Positions 51,124-60,000 of a stretch of DNA of 60,000 nucleotides are shown here, in pieces. Every line of letters begins with the position of its first letter. The stretch's first letter is position 1. Source of the DNA: Malacoraja senta (Eukaryota). The notes under the pieces were generated by a model that saw only the letters and a program-made list of their open reading frames with translations, searched no databases and was not told where the DNA came from. The translations under genes and the position numbers were made by a program. Location of the stretch: assembly GCA_038087875.1 (NCBI GenBank), contig CM075987.1, positions 22,012,001 through 22,072,000 of the forward strand, in the 5' to 3' direction.

Positions 51124-52329
51124 TATGTTTGATTCCAGACTTGTTCCTCGTTTCAGAGGCAGAGTTAGGGATGAACAATGAATGCTGGCAATTCCTATGA
51201 TCTCCTTATCCCATGAGTAAATAAATTATAAACTTGTCCATTCCTTTTACATAATTAAATCCCCTGGCCAGGTTGCCAAGCACAGGACGATGGGCTGAAT
51301 GGTACGCTGCTGTGCTGGAATATTCCTCGATTCATCCACTTCAGTGGGCTGTTTGATCCTTTTGTTCTTGGCCATCAATCTGGATGAGTGCTTCGTATTG
51401 CACTGACTTAACATCCTGTTTTGGTGCGTAAGCTTCTTGCCGCCTTTAATACGTTGGATCAACTCCCATCAAACCATTTATTAAACTTGAGGTGTGTAAT
51501 AGATTTGGAATTTGCACCTGGCTTGGTTTGCAGGTAACTGAAGTTGTCTTAGTAACTGTGAGTTCAAGGCACGGGAGGGGAGAGGTGTGTGATTTGCACC
51601 ATTACTCACAGATGATTAAATGGATTCACTTGTGATCGTTGGTTTCATTTGTTTTTGAGAGGCTGCAGTTATATGGAGAGACCAGAGAAGCTGGGATGGT
51701 TCTCCTTGTACAGATGATTAAGGCAGATGTAACAAATGCATTTAAAGTTTTGATAATGTAGGTAAGAAAAACAATTTCCTATGGTAGAAGGAACCAGATT
51801 TAAAGTAATCGACAAGAGGAGAACTTAATTCCTGCAGGAAGGTATGATGATTTGGAATGCACGGCCTGACAGGTTGGTGCAAGGTATTCAAAGTAACTTT
51901 TGCAAGCAAATTCAATATGACTTGATTTTGGAGAAGTGTGGAAATTGCAAACATGGATTGGGCGCAGGGTATTGGGACCAATTGCACAGCACGTTCAAGA
52001 CACTCGGCTGAAGAGCCAACTCCAGTCTGTAGGCTGGTGTTGTGGTTTCTGAAAAACATCATAGAATTGTTTTTAAATCAAAAATGCTTTCCCACCATCT
52101 GTCCATGCGACAAACTGCCTGTTGATGTACCTGTACACACCACAGTGCACGATGGTGGGGGAGGGCAGGTGAGCACACCGTTTTTGGTAACTGGTGCACC
52201 TGTGCACATTTTTTTGTTTTTTTGTTTAATGCTATTTAAAGTTCTTGAGTTTCCCTGGCTCATTTGGGGATGACAGAATAATGATTCAATTCCTGTTCTG
52301 TGCCAAGTTTGCTTTCTATCGGAAATTGC

Positions 52330-54065
52330 AATTAGTTATGAAGGTGAAATGGGCAAAATTTAAAGGGGATGCGTGGGGCAGTTTTTTTTTTACACAGAGA
52401 GTAGTCAGAGTTATATAGCATGGAAACAGGCCCTTTGGCCCAACCTGCTTATGCCGACCAAGATGCCCCATCCACACTAGTCCCACCTGCCTCTATTTAG
52501 CACATATGCCTCATATTCATGTAACTGTTCAAATGCCTTTAAAATGTTGTTTAGTACCTGCCTCGGCTACCTCCTCTGCCAGCTTGTTCCATATACCCCA
52601 CCACCCTCTATGTGAAATAGTTGCCCCTCAGGTTCCTATTAAATCTTCACGCCATAAACCTATGCTCTCCGATTCTTGATTCCCCTACTCTGGGTAAAAG
52701 CACTGTACAATTACCTTTTCTATAACCTTCATAATCTTATACACCTCTGTAAGATCCTCCATTATTTTTCTGCACTGCAAGGAATAAAGACCTAGCCTGC
52801 CCTTCCACCTACCTCCTGTACCTCACGCCCTCAATTCCTGACAACATCCTCGTAAATCTTCTTTGCACTCTTTCCAGCTTAACGACATCCTTTCTATGAC
52901 CAAAACTGAACACAATATTCCAAAATGCGGCCTCACGTCTTGTACAACTTTAACGTAACATTTCAACTTCTAATCTCAATTCCTTTACTGATGAAGGCCA
53001 ATGTACTGAAAACCATATCTACCTGTGACACCAGTTTCACCGCTCCTAGATCCCCTCTGCTCGACAACTCTCCCCAGAGCCCTGCCAGTAACTGTGAAGG
53101 TCCTGCTCTAGTTTGACTTCCCAAAGTGTAGCACCTCACACTTATCTGCATTAAACTCTATTAACCATTCCTCAGCCCACTTGTGCAACTGATCAAGACC
53201 CTGCTATTATTTTTGATAACCATCATCGTTATCTACGATACCAAACATTTACATGTCATCTACAAACTTACTAATCATGCTTCCTCATCCAAATCGTTGA
53301 TATAAATCACAAACAGAACTGATCCCTGAGGCACACCGCTAGTCACAGGCCTCCAGACCCGAAGAAAACCTTCCACAATTACACTTTGCTTTCTTCCATG
53401 AAGCCAATTCTCTATCCAGTTGGCAGGCCCTCCCTGGATCCCATGTGATCTAACCTTCCAGAGCAGCCTACCATGAGGAACCTTATCAAATACCTGTGTT
53501 CAAGAAGGAACTGCAGATGCTGGAAAATCGAAGGTAGACAAAATTGCTGGAGAAACTCAGCGGGCGCGGCAGCATCTATGGAGCGAAGGAAATGGGCAAC
53601 GTTTTGGGCCAAAACGTTGCCTATTTCCTTCACTCCATAGATGCTGCCGCACCCGCTGAGTTTCTCCAGCAATTCTGTCTACCTTATCAAATACCTTGCA
53701 GAAGTCCATATAGACAACATCTTTGCCCTAAGCATCCCTTTTGATTCCTACTTAAAAAACTTGATCTCCCATGGACAAAACCTTGCTGACTATCACTCAT
53801 TCGCCCATTTATGCAAATGCATATATATCTTATCCCTTAGAATCCTCTCCAATAGTGGGTGCCTGGAACGTGCTGCCAGGGATGGTGGTGGAGACTGACA
53901 CGACAGGAGCGTTTAAGAGGCTTTTAAATAGGCACATGGATATACAGGGAATTGAATGATATAAATCACGTGTAGGCAGAGGAGGTTATTTTAATTGGCA
54001 TCATGATAGGCACAGAAATTGTGGGCCGAAGGGCCTGCTCGTGATTTCTTGTTCTGTGTTCTTTG
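52330..54065. mobile_element. CR1 3' fragment (+) interrupted by a longer CR1 fragment (-, about 52405-53850)
   Basis: tttttttttacacagagagtagt resumes as agtgggtgcctggaacgtgctgcc at about 53854; minus-strand RT motifs lie between. Confidence 0.8.
53496..53680. mobile_element. Fold-back Penelope-derived short element, 16-bp TSD
   Basis: ACCTTATCAAATACCT at 53480-53495 and 53681-53696; near-perfect palindrome centred on caacgttttgggccaaaacgttg. Confidence 0.9.
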
Positions 54066-54929
54066 TACTGCAATAGATGATAACAGATTGTGGTGTAGTG
54101 GATTTTGAGGAGGTGAAATTTAGGCAAACAACAAAGAAAAAAGGCGCCAAATTGAATGTCGCTAAGCTCACTAAGTTCTACTGTTGTCAGACAAAGTATT
54201 AAGAGATGGTCTGGTTGAATACTTACTAACTGACACATCAAATTTGACTTTTAATAGAAACATAGAAAATAGGTGCAGGAGTAGGCCATTCAGCCCTTTG
54301 AGCCAGCACCGCCATTCAATATGATCATGGCTGATCATCCAAAATCAGTGCCCCTTACCTGCTTTCTCCCTATATCCCTTGATCCAGTTAGCCCTGAGAG
54401 CTATATCTAACGCTCTCTTGTATACGTCATTGAATACAATAATAAACCATGAGAGGCAGGGTGAAATGCAGAATATGGAGGCTAGTATCAGAAGTTATTA
54501 ACAGCTGGGTACTGGCATAGATGCTATGAAATGCTGCAGTTGCTTCAGCACAATGTTTATAGAATTGACAGCGTGGTCTGCATCAGTATTCTGTAGAACT
54601 TGTGACTGTCTGCCCTTCTTATTTTACTCTCAGCGTAACTAATTATTTTCTTGCTTCTGGGTTTATCTAATTTGTGGTGTAATACATCTCTGCTGTTCAC
54701 CTCAAAACTTTTAAGTATCAAGCACTGTCTTGTCCCTCTCTGAGTCGCTTCTTCTCAGTACCTTATTAGCTATACTTGTGTTAACCTTGTATTTGTGACT
54801 TGTAGTTTTGATATTTCTAATGTGAGAACAATATTTCTTCATCTCCCCCTGAACCTCTTCATATTTTTAAAGACAAAAAGTAACCCCTCAGCACTTGCTT
54901 TGTTCAATGAAAGGAATCCTAACCTGCTT

Positions 54930-55157
54930 ATAGACACAAATGCTGGAGTAACTCAGCAGGCCAGGCAGCATCTCTAGAGAAAAGGAATAGTTGACATTTC
55001 GGGTCAAAAACCCTTCTTCAGACTGAAGAAGACTGAAGGGTTCGACCCGAAACGTCAACGATTCCTTTTCTTCAGGGAAGCTGCCTGACTCGCTGAGTTA
55101 CTCCAGCATTGTGTGTCTATTTTCGATGTGAATCAGCATCTGCAGTTCCTTCCTACA
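54930..55157. mobile_element. Fold-back Penelope-derived short element
   Basis: tagacacaaatgctggagtaactcagc ... gctgagttactccagcattgtgtgtcta arms around opposed ctgaag...cgaaa motifs. Confidence 0.8.
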
Positions 55158-55284
55158 CCCCAACTAGTTAGTTATTTCCTGATTGATCCATACAGAGGAG
55201 AAAATGCAAAAATACATTGACCAGTTTGCTGAGCAGCCACATAAGTATCATTGATAATGCCACAATCTGTGTTTTCTCCTCCAG

Positions 55285-55392
55285 ATGAAGACTGGCCCAT
55301 TTGCAGAACACTCCAATCAGCTGTGGAATATCAGTGCAGTCCCTGCATGGTCTAAAGTTAACCAAGGACTGATTCGAATGTACAAAGCAGAC
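55285..55392 (+). CDS. PTPA: PTPA coding exon 9 (MKTGPFAEHSNQLWNISAVPAWSKVNQGLIRMYKAD); terminal exon not seen in window
   Basis: Near-identical to human MKTGPFAEHSNQLWNISAVPSWSKVNQGLIRMYKAE; cag/gtgagt boundaries; 108 nt. Confidence 0.97.
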
Positions 55393-55474
55393 GTGAGTGC
55401 AACTGAGGCGTTAACACTGTGCCGGTGCAATAGTTCCTCAGTGAAATTGTTTGCCCCAATTAAGGATTTTAATT

Positions 55475-55639
55475 GAAGGTACACAAAAATGCTGGAGAAA
55501 CTCAGCGGGTGCAGCAGCATCTATGGAGCGAAGGAAAGATTTTTTCCTTCGCTCCATAGATGCTGCTGCACCCGCTGAGTTTCTCCAGCATTTTTGTGTA
55601 CCTTCGATTTTCCAGCATCTGCAGTTCCTTCTTTAACAC
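55475..55639. mobile_element. Fold-back Penelope-derived short element, 14-bp TSD
   Basis: TAAGGATTTTAATT at 55461-55474 and 55640-55653; perfect arms of about 63 bp. Confidence 0.9.
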
Positions 55640-56894
55640 TAAGGATTTTAATTTGTGGATTAGTCTTATCTTTTTCCATAACTATTTTAAAACTGAAAAA
55701 AATATTGTCACTAGTCCCAAAGTGCTTCCTTACTGACATTTCAGTCATTTGCTCACTTCCAGAAAGGTGGAAAGTTTGGAAATAAAAGCAGTTACATAAA
55801 TGCAAATCTTCCCTTTTTACTGTTATTTTGTTTTTCCCTTTTCAAAAGGGAAAAGGGAACTTTCTGCACTCTTGTAGGAAGGCTAGTTTCAAAATTGGAT
55901 GGGGGTGAAGAACAGATAGATTACCCAGATTCCTGAACAGAATTCTTTTTTTGGGTGGGGGTGGATTTCAGAGACTATTGAGTCTGTGAGCACTCTCTAT
56001 AATTTCAAATCTGCTGCTGATTTATCTCATGTTCTGTGCTTCACTTTGACTTTTTCAGTCCCCTATGTCTTAAAGTTTTTGTTTAAAAGTAAGTGGGGTG
56101 ATGTGTGATGTTCCCTGGCAGATATGGGGGTTTTGGGGGAAAGTTGAGCAAACAGCTGATGTATCAAGAACCACAAATTTGAGCTGGACTCACATTGCAC
56201 TCCTTGAGCAAACCAATAAAGCGGGCATTTCCCATTTCATGACGTGGCAGTTTGTCACAAAATCTAATGATATATTCTGAGTCATAAAATATGCTCTGGA
56301 GAATATTAAGTTTAATGCAGTCTTTTAAAAATATTTGATCACATTGGGCCTGGCACTTTTCGTTACAAACTGGAGGTGCCGAAAGGCAAAATGGTGATAC
56401 CTCTCTGTGCAAAATCTAAATCTCCAAATGTGTCAGACATTGAAAAACTTAGAACTTAGCAGGAAAATAAATATAAATAGCAGCCGTAGATTACCAAATT
56501 AAATGATTAACTCACTGGTTACAGTAAAAAGAAAAAATTTGCATTTATATTGTGTCTTCACCACCTCGGTACATCCAAAAATGCCAATCAACGGTGCTGT
56601 GTGTTACATAAGTTGAAACTTAAGCCAATTTGCATTTCAATAAAGTTGGCTCATGATGGCCAAGTCACAAAGGGTCTGGAAAAGAGTCTTGACCCGAAAC
56701 ATCATCTATCCATGTTCTTCTGAGATACTGGCTGACCTGATTTACTCCAGCACTTTGCCTCCTTTTGTGTAGAGACCCGATTGTTTTTGAAACACTAACA
56801 TGGGATAATCTACTATGATGCCTTGTATTTACATACCAACTTCTAATGTTACTAATGATTACAAAGGAGTTCACAGAAGCATTATTAAACAAAA

Positions 56895-57180
56895 TGGGTA
56901 GCACAGTTCTGGTGTGGCATTTTCACATTCTCCCTGTGACTGCGTGTGTTTCCTCCTGGTTCCTCGGTTTCCTCCCAGATCCCCAAAATATTTGGGTTGG
57001 AAGGTAATCGACCAGAGTAAATCATGCCTATTGTGGTAGAAATTGGGGAGGTTGTTTTTGGGAAAGTGGGTAAAATAAAATGGGCTAGGATAGGATTAGT
57101 GTAAAAATGTGCTGGTTGGTGCAGACTTAGGGGGCTGAAGGGCCTGTCTATATGTCTGTCTATGACTTTGCATCTAAAAT
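56895..57180 (+). mobile_element. Degenerate V-SINE fragment
   Basis: cattctccctgtgactgcgtgtgtttcctcc...gggctgaagggcctgt. Confidence 0.6.
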
Positions 57181-60000
57181 TTGATACAGAGCCACAGATT
57201 TTAATATAAAGGTATTGCTTAATCAGTAGCCAATAGAGTGAAGAGTGAATGGGATGCAATGAGATAGAATAAGGGCAGCAGAGGTTTGGATCACCAGGTT
57301 TTGTGGGAGTAGATGTGGGCACAGTTTAATGAACCCTCTGAAGTATGACCGTTCTTCATTTCCACAATACTGAACTCGAGTCTTTCTGACAAAGGGAGAA
57401 TTGCTACCACTGAGCATGGTTGACAAGTTGAAATATTGACGTATCCTTTTATTTGTTAACTGACGCCATGTATTTGTGTGGTGGGTGGGTAGAAAGGGGT
57501 AGAGTTGAAGGGAAAAAGCTGTTCCTACATTTTCTCCCATCCTGACGCAATTTTCTTTTGCTTTCAATGAAGCCGTTCACTAGACTTTGCTCAAAACAGG
57601 TGACAATACCATTAGGACTGTCCATGTCTAAACACTCAAAATCATGCATAACCTTTACTGAACCTTGTGGGTGCTGACTGTTTGATAGTTGTGGGAAAGC
57701 CAGACTTGATGTTCTCACCCAGTGCCCGCTTTACACATAAACATTTCAAAGCTTTTATGGGGAAGAACAGTGCTCATCACAAATGTTTAGTGTCCCATAA
57801 AGGTTCTTCATGTTGTACTTTTCATTACTAAGAAAAGACTCGGCTGACTTTCCCTGTTGGTGAGGCTGACAGAAGGTCATCTTCTGTTGAAGAGGAGAGG
57901 GGACAAAGAAGGAACGTGCCTAATATTCATGAACAGCTGTGAAAGGGACAATGGAAATCAGGCACCTCCATGAGAAGTAATCTACTAAATTGCAATGTTT
58001 GGTGCTGAGAAAGGGCTTCAGGCTCAGACTTGAACAGCATATAATTGGACAGGCCAGATGATAACACAGCAATCTGATCCCTGGATGATGGGGTAGGGCT
58101 GGGCATTATGTCAAGGGGTGGAATTATAAATTTGGGCAGGGAGAAAGCTTCAACGAGCAAGAGGCTGATCTTCCTCATCAAAAGGACTGTCTCTTTAAGA
58201 TATTGGTGCAGGAGGAAGTATTGAAGGCAGCTGGCATGGGTCAGGCATCCTTCCTGAAACACAGTCCTTTAGCCAGAGGAAGCTGAGCTAAATGTTACTT
58301 GAGGCAAAACCATACACAAAAGACAGCCTGTTACTGAGTCTACCAATTGACGGACAGGAAGTGATGCATGTGATCTTTTGCATGCTGCACTACCTCATTC
58401 CCTCTCCCTTTGCTGCCAGTGTTTTACGTTTGCTTTTAAATTGAGCAGCATGCTTTGCTTTTTAATTCATACGGTTTCAATATAAACTTACCAAGAATTT
58501 TCAGCAGAGAAACTAGTCATTCAGCTTTCTTGCTTATGTGGTATTAACGTGTTACGTGAGCCACTTCCCATCCCACTACCTCACAGTATCAACACGTCTG
58601 TTTATTTGTTTCTGTTTCAAGTGTTTATCTAACTTTGATTAAATGCATCTATCTTATTCCACGGCAGCATCAGTTCCCACATCTAACCACTCTGGGCACT
58701 ATTGATAACCATGTTATATTCTACCTTACTGCTCCACAAATTGTCTTCCCTCTCGCTCCCTTATCAAACACTCCTATAATGTTAGACCTCTAACAAGTTA
58801 TCCCCTCAGATTTTGTTTTATGAGAGAAAAGGTCTCCATCAGTTTTAATCTTTACTGACGGTGAATGGAGGCCTTGGCTCAGGAGTGGTGCTTTCACCTC
58901 TGTCAGAAGCCAATGAATTTAAGTCCTACTCCAGACACATAAGCACAAACACTAGGCCAACATTCTTGTGCAATATGTATGTTTTTAAATGGGTAATTTG
59001 GCTATTTGCTGCCGAAAGAAAACGATTAGAAAATCATGCCACAGACTTGATTTAACTGAAACCTTCCTTTGGCTGATATTTTTTCTTGCCTGGGTACAGT
59101 TCCCACCAACTCTTAAATACCCTCCTCCAGCAGTTACTCTGTGTGTGTTGGAGTACACTGTATATATTGGCAGGCAGTTCATTATGAGAGGCATCTCGGC
59201 TAAGCATCAGAGTGATTTTTTTAATTTATTTTTTGTTGCATTTTATTTCCACTCCCTGGCCTAAGGGCATTGGAGCTAATGCCTGGTGCAACGCTTGCAA
59301 TGATAAATTAACTCTGTGCAGATCAAGAATCAAATATTCATGACAGAAGGCGGTAATTTTGCTCGTCACGCCTCTGCTGGAACTTTGAAAGAGCAACTCT
59401 GTTAGTCCATTTTACCCTGCTTTTTCCAGAAACCTTATACGTTTCCCACTTGAGGTATATATCCAACCTTTATTTGGAAATGACTCAATCTGTAACCACT
59501 GCCTTTCAGGCAACACATTGTAGATCATAACCAGATGCTGGGTATTAGCGTTCATGTTTCGTCTGGTTGCAGAGCACCCCCACTGTTGGGAAATAGATTA
59601 GCCCTATTTACCCCACACAGTTTTGAATATTGTATATAAAATAAGTTTTACTGAGATCTTCGTCGATGATTTGGAGTACGTGGACCTGTTTGCCTGCCCT
59701 CACAAGCTATTGATCCAGTGTGGTAGCAGTTGCTGGATGAGTATCCAGAAGCCCAGAATCTTGATCTAGTCCTATAAACTCAACCCCCCCAGTGGGAAAT
59801 TTAAATTAAAATGATTGTAAAACCACATCGGGTTCAATAAAGACAATGAATTCTGCTCCCCTCGTCTGGTCTGACCCATGTGGGACTCTACACCCTTCAA
59901 TGTGGTTGGCTCCTGACCGTCTCTGAGAAGGCCTATCAAAGCACTCTGCTCAAGGTTTAATTAGGACTGGACGATAAATGGAGATCTTGGCGGCAACACC

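Noticed and set aside
50869..51132. Recurrent 'MLEKLSG...IDAAAPAEFLQHF' peptides on both strands (also 53412-53744, 55317-55636)
   Set aside because: Translations of palindromic repeat DNA, not a protein family.
55393..60000. PTPA terminal exon (CLEKFPVIQHFKFGSLL...)
   Set aside because: Searched by eye and not found; assumed to lie beyond the window rather than lost.

Overview
Vertebrate genomic DNA, most likely from a cartilaginous fish such as a skate or ray. The species call is inferred from the repeat content (HER1-like CR1 LINEs, HE1-like V-SINEs, DeuSINE remnants, Penelope fragments). Two spliced genes lie head-to-head around a shared promoter of about 0.6 kb (12646-13223), the same arrangement as in mammals. 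CRAT (carnitine O-acetyltransferase, - strand) has coding exons 1-3 in the window and continues off the left edge. PTPA/PPP2R4 (PP2A activator, + strand) has coding exons 1-9 in the window; the last exon was not found and presumably lies beyond the right edge. The rest is intron packed with transposon debris: CR1 and other LINEs, SINEs, Penelope, a full-length IR/DR Tc1 fossil, and hAT and Harbinger MITEs. The most notable observations are: (1) a family of short fold-back Penelope-derived insertions with 12-16 bp target duplications, associated with minimal hammerhead-ribozyme motifs; (2) a 153-bp tandem duplication of PTPA exon 1 whose second copy has lost its splice donor; (3) a decayed duplicate of CRAT exon 2; (4) a candidate alternative CRAT first exon; (5) a composite TIR element with a 6-bp TSD. 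Exon boundaries were read by hand and checked for phase. Repeat boundaries are approximate and family names come from recognition, not a database search.
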